Assembly (NCBI RefSeq): GCF_004010195.1
Contig: NC_057718.1
Span: 25,175,955 to 25,236,090, forward strand
From: Chiloscyllium plagiosum
Taxonomy: Eukaryota
Length of the DNA: 60,136 nt
Direction of reading: 5' to 3'
Shown: in pieces, positions 50,351-60,136 of the stretch
Numbering within the stretch: position 1 is the stretch's first letter
Layout: each line of letters opens with the position of its first letter
Notes under the pieces: generated by a model
Databases searched by the model: none
The model's input: the letters and a program-made list of their open reading frames with translations, nothing else
What the model was told of the DNA's origin: nothing
Program-made: the position numbers and the translations under genes

Positions 50351-50837
50351 AAATATCCACTTGCAATTGTATAGAGCCTTGGTGAGACATCGCCTGCAGT
50401 ATCGCTTACAATTTTATTTTCTTTATTGAAGGAAGGATGTTTTTTTCCCATAGAGGGAGTGCAAAGTGGCACCTTAGACTTATCCCTGGGGTGGCGGAAT
50501 TGTTCTGTGAGTGAAAATTGAAGAATTTGTATCGATATTCTCTAGAGCTTCAAAGAACAAGAAGAGAGCTAATTGAAAATTATAAGAATGAGACAGAGTG
50601 AATGTAGACAAGATCTTTCCAAGGCTGGTGAAATTACATCCAGAAGATGTCATCTCCAGTTAAAAGGTAGCCCCTTTAAGGCAGAGATGAGGAGAAAGTT
50701 CTTCACTCAAGATGGTAAGTATTGGGAATTATGTGTCTCAGAGGGCTCTGGAAACTTGAACATTGAGCGTATTCAATAGATTTCTGGAGACTAATGACAT
50801 CAAATGATATGGAGATAGCGCAAGAATGTGGCATTTG

Positions 50838-51147
50838 AGGTGGCACAGTGGCTCTGTGGTTAGCACTGCTGCCTCATAGCACCAGGGTCCCAGGTACAAT
50901 TCCAGCCTCGGGTGACTGTCAGTATGGAGTTTGCACATTCTCCCCGTGTCTGCGTGGGTTTCTTCCGGGTGCTCTGGTTTCCTCCCACAGTCCAAAGATG
51001 TGCATTCCACGTGAATTGGTCATCCTAAATTGCCCATAGTGTTAGGTGCATTAGTCAGAGGGAAATGGGTCTGGGTGGGTTACTCTTCGGAGGGTCTGCC
51101 TGCATTGGTTGGGCTGAAGGGCCTGTATCCACACTATAGGGAATCTA
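50838..51147 (+). mobile_element. V-SINE (HE1-like)
   Basis: A/B boxes, V-domain and tail GGGCCTGTATCCACACTATAGGGAATCT. Confidence 0.9.
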
Positions 51148-53154
51148 AAAAAAAGGTAGATGATCATCCCTGATATAATTGAAGAGTAGAGTCAGGTTCA
51201 TTGGGCTGAATGGCCTTCTCCTGTTTCTATGGTCTATCTATTGCTCATGCTGCTGGTGCTGCTCCTTTCATTCCTCATCAGAAAGCAAACTATGAGAACT
51301 GCATAAGTGGCTGCTCCCATGCCACAGAAATCGCTGATAGCTGGGAAATTGAAGCTAAGAATGTCCAAGTGGCAGAAACGTCCTTTAAAGTGTTGCAAAT
51401 CACACCTAAAGCAGTGAAAGCATGCTCCACAATAAGGCCTGAGAACAAATGCCTTTCACCTAAGGAAGGGAATAATTGTCAGATTTCAGTATTTAAAAAC
51501 TTTCCAGCCCATCACTCACTCAAACCAATTAATCCCTACTTCCTTGTTCAACTTGAAGTGTTTCAGACAGCTCAGGAACCTCCTCCCCCCAACCTCCCCC
51601 ACAACCCCCCTCCTCCCCCATCCCCACAATTGTCGTAAAAGCTAGAATCCAATGTTGAAGATGCAACCACCTGCTTTTCAGCATTATTGTAGCTCTACCT
51701 ACCCCAGGGGTGCAAATAAATACATGAGGTAAATCTGAAAGTTGGCAAGTTTGTACCAGCTTCTCAACATAGTGTAAAGTTTTCCTTGTTTAAAATGCTG
51801 TCTACCAGTCAGGCTAAAATTTCCCTAATATTTCAAAAGTCACAATCTATCATCAGACCTGTCTAAATTGGATGCCCTGAATTAAGTGAAATGTGATGAC
51901 AGAGTTACCAGGTCCAACGTCATTCGTGGTTATTTTCTCATAAAGTACTGCTTCCAGCCATGGAATATTTATGTACATCATTAAAATTATAATAAAGGGA
52001 TTTTAGACTGAAGAAAATAATTGTGTATTTGTTGAACTTAAATTGCATACAATGCAAGACTGTGGTAGTAAATTCTAAAGGTTTATTGTTGCAGTTATAG
52101 ACAACTGATAATTAAATATCTTATCCAAAAGTGTAGTCCTCCCTCAATGGTACAGCAGATGTCAGCCTGAATCATGCGTCTCTATAGTATGGTTTAAGGC
52201 TGTGAATGCTGTAAACACCACCTCTAGGTGGCACAAAGTGTGCACACGTGTGAAGAGAAGCCCAACATCATTTAGAAGTGATGGGAAGCAGCAGACATGT
52301 TGAAAGTTAGTACAGTCACTTATTTTGTTTGTTTTCCAGATTGGTTTGTTTATATTTCTAATGTATTTTGTGAGTTGCTGCAGGGAAGTGTCATCAGAGT
52401 GATTGCGACAAAGGAGAGCTCACCAAAGACACTTACTTTTTAGGCACTGCTGGGAAGAGAAGTTTTGCTTCATCTGCCCCAGGCTCCACATCCACTTGCC
52501 CCTTGCCTCCAGTCTGGCTGGCCCCATCATTCCCATCCTCTAAGGCCCCCTGACCACAGCCTCTACCTTGCCACCCTCTTACCCTCAGCCTCTCTGACAC
52601 CCTCTCAGCTCCAGCCTTTACTTCACATCCCCTTCACCCACAGCCATGACAGCACCCTTCTCCCGAGCTTGCTGATGTCAGTTGTGCAAGCATACGTCCT
52701 GTAGCCTGTTGTAGCCATTTGATGCCGTGGGTCAGATCTCTGCATGCGTGGCATGCATTCTAGTTTTATAGATAATTACTTCAGTGGTTTAAACTTGCAC
52801 ACAGGCAAGTGGTCCTGGGTAGGCCAAAGCCGAATCTAAGTCAGGCCCACCCAAATCTGAGCTTGTGTGAATTCCACTCACGCATGTTGCAGCCACAGCA
52901 AAGTAATGTAACTCAGATTTTCTCCAAATTAGCAATCACACGCAAGTATGTGAGCGAGGTGCAGATAAAATAATGCAGGCTATAAGGGATATTGATATCA
53001 GATAAATGAATGGATACAATAAGCTGGTCTGAGACAAAACTACAAATGCAATGACATCTGTATGTTTTGGGGTGATTGAGTGATGCATGATAGAGCATGC
53101 AAAATGAAGTTGTGATTTTAATTATTCATTCAACACAACATAAATAATTTGTCA

Positions 53155-53500
53155 CAAAATTCTTACAGGGCATGATAGGGCGAATGTCGTTAAGGTGTTC
53201 GCCTGCCTACTGAGTCTGGAAACAGGGGCATAGTCTCAGGTTAAGAGATAGACCATTTCAGGCTGAGATAAGAAGAAATTTCTTCACCTAGAGGACGGTA
53301 GGTCTTTGGAATTGTCTACCTCAGGGAGATTAAAAGTTCTATCATTGAACATCTTCAAGACAGAAGTCAACTGATTTCTGGAAATAAAAATATTAAGGGA
53401 GTTTGTGTTGGAAAATGGTATTTAAATGGATGATCAGTTATGATCTAATTTAATGATAGAACAGGCTTGATGGTCTGAATGGCTCAGTCCTGTTTCTATG
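53155..53500 (+). mobile_element. CR1 LINE 3' fragment
   Basis: GGGCATAGTCTCAGG, AGAAATTTCTTCAC and the CTGAATGGC...CCTGTTTCTATG tail. Confidence 0.7.
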
Positions 53501-53904
53501 ATGACAGACCTCTGGCCAATGCACATGCTCCAAAAGATGGAAGCCACCGACATTTCCATTCTTAATCATTTCCTGGTTTAAACACACAATCTTCTAAATT
53601 AGGTCTGCGGTACCATTCTCAGCACTAAGGCCAACACCATTTTCATGCATCTTCAATCACCCTTATCAATTATTCTAGGTAATTTGGTTAAGAAAATGCT
53701 GTACAAATTAATATGATACAAAAATACTGCAGATGCTGCCAGACCAGTTGGTTTCTCCAGAAATTCCTGTTTTTATTTTTGTCCATACAAATTAAATTAT
53801 TATTAATCTTATTGTTGACTGTTTTACCTATTGAAATATGTTGTTTGAAAATTGTTTATAGTAAATTATATGCAGATGGATTGAAATGGAACCTTAAATG
53901 GTAC

Positions 53905-55010
53905 TTTGCAGAAAGAGGGTCTTCAGCCCATCCCACCTGCACTAGCCTCTGAAAGAGCCATTCACAGAGTGCCATGTCCCTGCATCTTCCATATCTCCCA
54001 TCCACATTCTTCTCCCTTCACTGTTTAATTGCATTTTGAATGTTTTTACTGACACTGTCTCTACCACATTCTCAGGAAGTGCATTCCAGATCTTGTTCCA
54101 TTTGCTGCAGGAAATGTCACTTTTAATTATTTTGTCAGTTAGTTTAATTTTGTGACCTCTTATTCTCAATCCTTTCATGAATTGGAACAGTTTCATCACA
54201 TGCACTCTGCCCAGGTCCCTTCATAATTTTGAATACTTTGATCAGATCTCCTCTTCGCCATCTCTTCTCCAAGGAAAACAGTCCCATCTTCTCCCAACAG
54301 AAATCACTCATTTCTGCAACGGTTCTCTTGAATCCTTTATGCACTTTCTCCAAAGACATCACCTCTTTGCTGAACTTTGGCACCCAAAACTGGATGCAGT
54401 ACTCCAGCTGAGGCCAAACTAGTGGTTTATATGGATTATAGTGGCACAGTGGTTAGCGCTGCTGACTCACAGTGCCAATGTTTGATTCCAGCCTTGAGGA
54501 ACTATGTGTGGAGTTTGCATGTTCTTCCTGTGACTGTATGGGTTTCCTTTGGGTGCTCTGGTTTCCTCCCACGGTCCAAAGATGTGCAGGTTAGGTGGAT
54601 TGATTATGTTAAAAATTGCCCTGTGAGGTGCAGGATAGGTGAGTTAGTCATGGTAAAAACCCTATGCAGGATACAAGGATAGGGTTTAGGCTCGGGGTGG
54701 GATGGTTGGAGGTTTGCTGCAGACCTGATGGCCTGATTGGTCTTTTCTGCACTGTAGAAAATACCATGATTCAATATTATCAAACCTCTATATATAAAGT
54801 CACAGATACTGTATGGTTTATTAAGTATTCTCTCAACCCATCCTACCACCTTCAATGAATAGACATGTACACCCAAGTCCTTCTACTTTTGCAGCACCCA
54901 TTTTAGAGTTATACCTTTATTTGATATAGTCCTTCTATGTCCTTGCTAGCAAAATGAATCACCTGCACAATTCTGTGTAATAAATTTCATCTGGCACTTC
55001 TTCCATCAAC
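53905..55010 (-). mobile_element. CR1 LINE fragment with a nested V-SINE at ~54441-54760 (+)
   Basis: Reverse ORFs GLFSLEKRWRRGDLIKVFKIMKG and WNALPENVVE; SINE A box and V-domain on the plus strand. Confidence 0.8.
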
Positions 55011-55034
55011 ATGTTTGTGTTATTTATGATTTGG

Positions 55035-55700
55035 AGATAGAACATAGAACACAGAACAGTACAGTACAGAACAGGCCCTTCAGCCCACGATGTTGTGCCG
55101 ACCATTGATCCTCATGTGAGGTAAACCTAATGTACGAACTCCCAAATTTCTATGACCATATGCATGTCCAGCAGTCTCTTAAATATCCCCAATGACCTCG
55201 CTTCCACAACTGCTGCTGGCAACGCATTCCATGTTCTCACAATTCTCTGCGCAAAGAACCCGCCTCTGACATCCCCTCTATACTTTCCGCCAAACAGCTT
55301 AAAACTATGACCCCTCGTGTTAACAATTTCTGCCCTGGGAAAAAGTTTCTGGCTTTCAACTCTATCTATGCCTCTCATTATCTTGTACACCTCAATTAGG
55401 TCCCCTCTCTTCCTTCTTTTNNNNNNNNNNNNNNNNNNNNNNNNNNNNNNNNNNNNNNNNNNNNNNNNNNNNNNNNNNNNNNNNNNNNNNNNNNNNNNNN
55501 NNNNNNNNNNNNNNNNNNNNNNNNNNNNNNNNNNNNNNNNNNNNNNNNNNNNNNNNNNNNNNNNNNNNNNNNNNNNNNNTGTCAATGTCCCGCTGCAGCC
55601 TGCAACAGTCCTCTATACTGTCAGTGACACCGCCAACCTTTGTGTCGTCTGCAAACTTGCTAACCCATCCTTCAATCTCCTCATCCAAGTCATTAATAAA
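55035..55700 (-). mobile_element. Young CR1 LINE fragment spanning a gap
   Basis: WVSKFADDTKVGG and RGDLIEVYKIMRGIDRV; the tail reads (ATAGAAC)n on the plus strand. Confidence 0.9.
55421..55579. other. Assembly gap (159 N)
   Basis: Run of N. Confidence 1.
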
Positions 55701-55897
55701 GATGCCAGTGTTGGACTGGGGTGTACAAAGTTAAAAATCGCACAACACCAGGTTATAGTCCAAAGGTTTAATTGGAAGCATTAGCTTTTAGAGCGTCACT
55801 CCTTCATCAGGCACCTGATGAAGGAGCAGCGCTCTGAAAGCTAGTGCTTCCAATTAAATCTATTGGACTATAACCTGGTTTTGTGTGATTTTTAACT
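55701..55897. mobile_element. Palindromic Penelope-terminus pair, second family
   Basis: ~83-bp inverted arms 55729-55811 and 55814-55897 meet at CCTTCATCAGG-CA-CCTGATGAAGG. Confidence 0.85.
55811..55847 (+). ncRNA. Minimal type I hammerhead ribozyme motif (AGCU variant)
   Basis: GCAC-CUGAUGA-A-GGAGC-AGC-GCUCU-GAAAG-CUA-GUGC: 4-bp helix I (GCAC/GUGC), 5-bp stem II, palindromic AGCU, CUA cleavage triplet. Confidence 0.65.
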
Positions 55898-55904
55898 GAG
55901 TTAT

Positions 55905-57270
55905 TTATGGTTCTACACCATGTTCTCCTCAGAGTTCCCAATGCTTCCAATTCTATGTCATTTGCAAATTTTGAAATTGTGTTCTGTACACCGAGGATAA
56001 GGTCATTAATAGATATTAGGAAGAGCAAGGGTCCAAACTCTTGGAGAATTCCAATATAAATCTTTCTCCAGTCTTAAAAATATTATTTAATCAGTATTTT
56101 GTTTCCTGTCCCTTGGCCAATTTTGATTCCATTTTGCTCCAATCCATATTACCCCATGAGCTGAACTTTGTTCACAAGACATTTAAATAAGAAATTGGTT
56201 TGGAGGTATATAGGCCAAGCACAGGCAAGTGAAACTAGTTTAGTTTGGGATTATGGTTGGCATTGACTGTTTGGACCAAAGGGTGTGTTTCCGTACTGTA
56301 CAACTCTATGACTCTATGGCCTTGTGCAGTATTGTATCAAATGCCTTTTCGAAATCCACAGATATCACTTCAATAGCATTTCCCTCATCAGCCCTCTCTA
56401 TTACCTCCTTGGAAAATGTCAACAAGCCTTTAAAATGCTATGCTGACTTTCCTTAGTTAACCTGCATTTGCCAGAGTAAGTATTAATTTTGCACTAATGA
56501 TTGCTTCTAGACGTTTCCGCATCATTAAAGGTAAACTGACTAATTTGTGGTTGCTGGGCTTGTCTTCACAACCACCTAATTTGCAATTTTCCAGTCCTCT
56601 GGCTTTTTTCCATACCTAAGGAAGACTGGAAAATTTATGGCCAGAGCCATCACAATTTCCATTATCATTTCCCTCAAAATCTTTGAATCTATTTCACCTG
56701 ATGTTGGGTATTTTATCATAATTTAAGCATAGGTAGCCAATTTAATATCTCCTCCTATTCTATTTTAAATGATTTGAGTCTGTTAATTCTTCCTTTTAGT
56801 GTGTCATGGATTGCATCTTCTTCCTTGATAACACAGATGCAAAATTTATTTTAATGTCTCAATTTCACACATTTTTAGCCCCTTAACAGCCCAATAGGAA
56901 TGAGGCCACAATCAGATTAGTTATGATCTTATTGAATCACAGAGCAGGCTTGAGGAAGCCAAAAGGACTACTCCTGTTTCCAATTAATATGTTATGCTCA
57001 CATGCACTCCTGCTTTTACTGTTTATATATCTATTGAGGACTTTTATGTTAGCTGACAGTCTCTTTTCATGCTTTTTCTTTGCTTCTCTTGTTTGCCCTT
57101 TACTTTGTCTTTGAATGTGCCACATTTGACTTGAGTTTTCATTACCTTAACCATTTTATATTTGTCACAAGCACATTTTTTCCCTTCATCTAAAACTCGA
57201 TTATATCTTATACCATCCAGGGAGACTTCAATTTATTTGGCTTACTTTCCCTTTGAAGGGAAATAAATAT
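55905..57270 (-). mobile_element. Old CR1 LINE fragments
   Basis: Reverse ISKFANDIEL, the reverse of AAATGCCTTTTCGAAATCCAC (VDFEKAF) and REAKKKHEKRLSANIK..RYINSK; small plus-strand CR1 tails are interspersed. Confidence 0.65.
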
Positions 57271-57429
57271 AATTTATTCTTAACTAATTTTGAGGCTGGA
57301 TTTGTACTCAGGTCAGGAAGAACAGAGGATAGCTACAACTACCAAACTATAACTGCTGCAATGTTTGCATCCACTTCATTTCAGAACTTTTTGTAAGTCT
57401 CACTACGCACTGCTGGCAAATTTGCAATA

Positions 57430-57696
57430 CTAAGATGAGGAAGAATTTCTTCTCTCAAAGAGTTGTGAGTTGTGAGTCTTTGGAATTCTAGCCACAGAGA
57501 GCAATGGGGCGCAGTCCTTGTGTTTGTTGCAAGGCTGAGATAGATAGATTCTTGAACAGTAGGGGAGTCAAGTGATGTAAGGAAATGTCAGGAAAGTGGA
57601 CATGAGGTGTGTTAGATCAGCTATGATCCTATTGAATGGCAGAACAGGATGAAGAGGCCAAGCAGCCAACTCCTGTTCCTATTTCTTATGGTCTTA
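57430..57696 (+). mobile_element. CR1 LINE 3' fragment
   Basis: GATGAGGAAGAATTTCTTCTCTCA...GGCTGAGATAGATAGATTCTTG...CTCCTGTTCCTATTTCTTATG. Confidence 0.75.
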
Positions 57697-58476
57697 AATT
57701 TGTTGCACAGGATATTTTTGGGATAGTACAAGCATTTAGATGATGCCCAGGTGAGCGGGATGGTTGTTTTTATAATCACTGGTGACCAAGGTTGGGGAGG
57801 GGGGGGGGGGGGAATAACCTCATTATGTGTGAGAGAATGTTGCCATTAATTTAATACCCAGAATTGATATCACACACTTTGCCACCATCTAAATTACCGT
57901 GACTTCTTTTTGTATTTTTCTTTCCCTTTAATGACCACCAGAAGTAATAGCCCATGTAGCCGATTACATGTTTACAAACAAAGCCCATCACTGGAAATGC
58001 AAACCATTAAAAGTGCGGAGGAGGTAGGGAAATCTTGTCACCTTACTTTGCAGGGTCGCATTGAGGATGTTTGCACTGGGGAATGTGTTGGGGAAACTTG
58101 TTAGAAATGGGGAAAGGGTCAAAGCACTCACCTGATGGAGTGATTGACATCACAAAGGGTGCCGAGGTGACAATCAGGTGCTGGCTTGGGCAGGCTGCAC
58201 TGTGATTGGATCAAAGGTATCTGGTTGCTCGGGCAACAGCAGGAGGCGGCCATACCTGGAGCCATGCTATTGTGCTCAGGTGTGTCAATGAGCCCCTCAC
58301 CTTGGACATGGCCTCTTCAAATTTGGTGTCATCGTAACTTGCAAATCTCCTCTATTGCATTAAATCCCCACAGACATTTTTTTATTCAGAGGAGAATAGT
58401 GGGAAGGAGGAAAATTGTGTGAGTAACCATCCTTCTTTAAAATCCACAAAGGACAGGTCAACAAATTCAGTGCAAC

Positions 58477-58627
58477 ATGTCGATCCAAGATCTGGCAAGC
58501 CATGGCCTGGACTATCCATTCATTGAGCACATATTCAAGGACCGCCTGGATCAATTCAACAATCTGGTCGCCGTGATGCTGCAGAATCTAAGAAATCTTG
58601 ATAGCAACAAAAGGATGCCAGATTTTG
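58477..58627 (+). CDS. wdr64: Probable first coding exon of WD repeat-containing protein 64
   Basis: GCAAC-ATG (A at -3), 50 open codons MSIQDLASHGLDYPFIEHIFKDRLDQFNNLVAVMLQNLRNLDSNKRMPDF, then donor G|GTGAG. The L-x8-FK-x2-L-x2-F-x2-LV pattern matches my recollection of the human WDR64 N-terminus, and the head-to-head position matches human OPN3-WDR64 synteny. Confidence 0.7.
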
Positions 58628-59164
58628 GTGAGCTAACCTGATTTCTCTTTGAAGTCTGGGAATGGAAATTTCACGATTTCCTATATATTATGGCTGTGTG
58701 ACGGCGCCCATAATTATTCGCATTTTATACAAATAAGTTGAAGGTGCCTCTGTGATCTTGGGTGTTGTCCCCTCCCAATCAGCCCAACATGCTGCAACAT
58801 TTAAAAGAGACTAATCAGATCGGTGCTATTCGGTCCATCCAGCTTCGTGTTATCCTGTCAATTATCCTGCTTCAATCTCCGAATGGTGCCCGATTTTCTT
58901 TGTGGCTTGCTTTTTGAAGCTATGTTTTCGTCTAGTCTCCTTTTTATTTTCGATAATGTTGGTGGAATGGAAATCATTCCAATTAGCTCTTGTCTCCCCT
59001 GTTGCATTCAAACAACTCAGATTTGTTTGTTCTTAGGTGCTATAGGCCATCCTATGTCGCCACTGCTGGAGATTTTTGTCCTACATTGTGATTCTAAGAA
59101 TGGGGGAGCTGGAGTGGCAATTTTTGTTTCTGTTTTGTACTCACCTCCTCCATCTGGTGAGCTT

Positions 59165-59347
59165 GGAGTTGAGAGTGTGTTTCTGGAAAAGCACAGCAGG
59201 TCAGGCAGCACCTGAGGAGCAGGAAAATCGACGTCACGGGCATGAGCTCTCGATTTTTCTGCAGCTCGGATGCTGCCTGACCTACTATGCTTTTCCAGCA
59301 ACACACTCTCAACTCTGATCTCTAGCATTAGCAGACCTCACTGTCTC
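59165..59347. mobile_element. Palindromic Penelope-terminus insertion (hammerhead core lost at the junction)
   Basis: Inverted arms GAGTTGAGAGTGTGTT...AAAATCGA / TCGATTTTT...AACACACTCTCAACTC; flanked by CCAT(C/T)TGGTGAG(C/T)TT at 59150-59164 and 59348-59362. Confidence 0.82.
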
Positions 59348-59364
59348 CCATTTGGTGAGTTTTC

Positions 59365-59625
59365 CTACCTGAGTCAGCAGATTATGAGAGTTAAACCATC
59401 AAGGCTAACACTGCTGTTGGCAGCATTATCTGTCAGATGAAATGCTAAGTTGAGGCCCCCTCAGGTGGAAATTAAATATCCTATGGCACTATGTCTAAGA
59501 AGAACAGCAAAATTATCCCTGATGCCCTGATCAATATTTATCTTGCAATCATTGCCACACAGGTTGTGTAATTATTATCATACTGCTGTTTTGGGAGCTT
59601 GCTGTGCATAGAGTTGCTGTTATAT
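59365..59625 (+). mobile_element. Deu-domain SINE (SacSINE1/AmnSINE-like), old
   Basis: ATCCTATGGCACTAT..AAGAAGAACAG...CCTGATCAATATTTATC...TGCTGTTTTGGGAGCTTGCTGTGCA resembles the Deu central domain. Confidence 0.7.
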
Positions 59626-59915
59626 TTATTCACACATGGGGTGTAGGTGTTGTTGTGTGAGCCAGCATTGATTGTCAATTCTTACTTACCCTTGAGAAGG
59701 AGGTGGTGATCTGTCGTCTTGAACCACTGCAGTCCATTTGTGCAGGTGCAGCCGAATTAGTATACTATGTGCAGCTGCAATACTGAGCAGTGATGGTGTA
59801 AGGAGCAAATATTCTTGGATATGGTACTAATCCGGCAGCAGTTTTGTCCTTGCTCGTGTCAAATTTCTTAAGTGTTGCTGCAGTCGTCCAGGCAAATGTA
59901 GGCAATTCCATAATA
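59626..59915 (-). mobile_element. 3' fragment of the second CR1/L2-group LINE family
   Basis: Reverse complement of the 30100-30650 region (CCCTTGAGAAGG.GGTGGTGA...CTTGAACCACTGCAGTCC). Confidence 0.7.
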
Positions 59916-59919
59916 ATGG

Positions 59920-60136
59920 GGAGAAAGTGAGGTCTGCAGATGCTGGAGATCAGAGCTGAAAATGTGTTGCTGGGAAAGCGCAGCAGGTCAGGCAGCATCC
60001 AGGGAACAGGAGAATCGACGTTTCGGGCATAAGCCCTTCTTCAGGAATGAGGAAAGTTTGTCCAGCAGGCTAAGATAAAAGGTAGGGAGGAGGGACTTGG
60101 GGGAGGGGCGTTGGAAATGCGATAGGTGGAAGGAGG
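59920..60136 (-). mobile_element. Penelope-like element 3' end, continues beyond the window
   Basis: Terminal repeat related to 33147-33300 and 59165-59347. Confidence 0.85.
60013..60048 (-). ncRNA. Minimal type I hammerhead ribozyme motif
   Basis: UUC-CUGAAGA-A-GGGC-UUAU-GCCC-GAAAC-GUC-GA: complete core with a perfect 4-bp stem II. Confidence 0.68.

Larger units (their letters stand above)
49340..51232 (+). mobile_element. CR1 LINE (RT region to 3' end), decayed, with two nested SINEs
   Basis: VYLDFRKAFGKVPH and SKFDDDTKLGG motifs; tail GGGCTGAATGGCCTTCTCCTGTTTCTATG. Confidence 0.85.

Overview
This is repeat-rich vertebrate genomic DNA, almost certainly from a cartilaginous fish (shark-type V/HE1-like SINEs, CR1 LINEs and Penelope-like elements); the taxon is an inference. 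It holds one complete protein-coding gene: a four-exon opsin 3 (opn3, encephalopsin) on the minus strand (37915->19884, 388 aa, all GT-AG introns, phases 1/0/0). About 20.5 kb upstream, on the plus strand, is a 151-nt ATG-to-splice-donor exon (58477-58627) missed by the ORF track that looks like the first coding exon of wdr64, the head-to-head neighbour of OPN3 in human. The first 12.4 kb is a nested stack. A decayed Gmr1-like Gypsy LTR retrotransposon (integrase before RT, tRNA-Pro-like PBS, CTAT target-site duplication) sits next to a Penelope GIY-YIG fragment, and its 5' LTR is split by a decayed L1. Most notable points: (i) this OPN3 has Lys at the bovine-117 retinal-pocket position, NHxxY instead of NPxxY, and a 5-aa extension past the usual VRPL end; (ii) several minimal hammerhead-ribozyme motifs occur in Penelope termini, often as head-to-head palindromic insertions, and two are in sense orientation in opn3 intron 1; (iii) a 5S-rRNA-headed array of tRNA-like units lies just upstream of the opn3 promoter. 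I cannot claim a wholly new biological system from sequence alone; these are the best leads. Comparisons to human or bovine proteins are from memory, and boundaries of decayed repeats are approximate.
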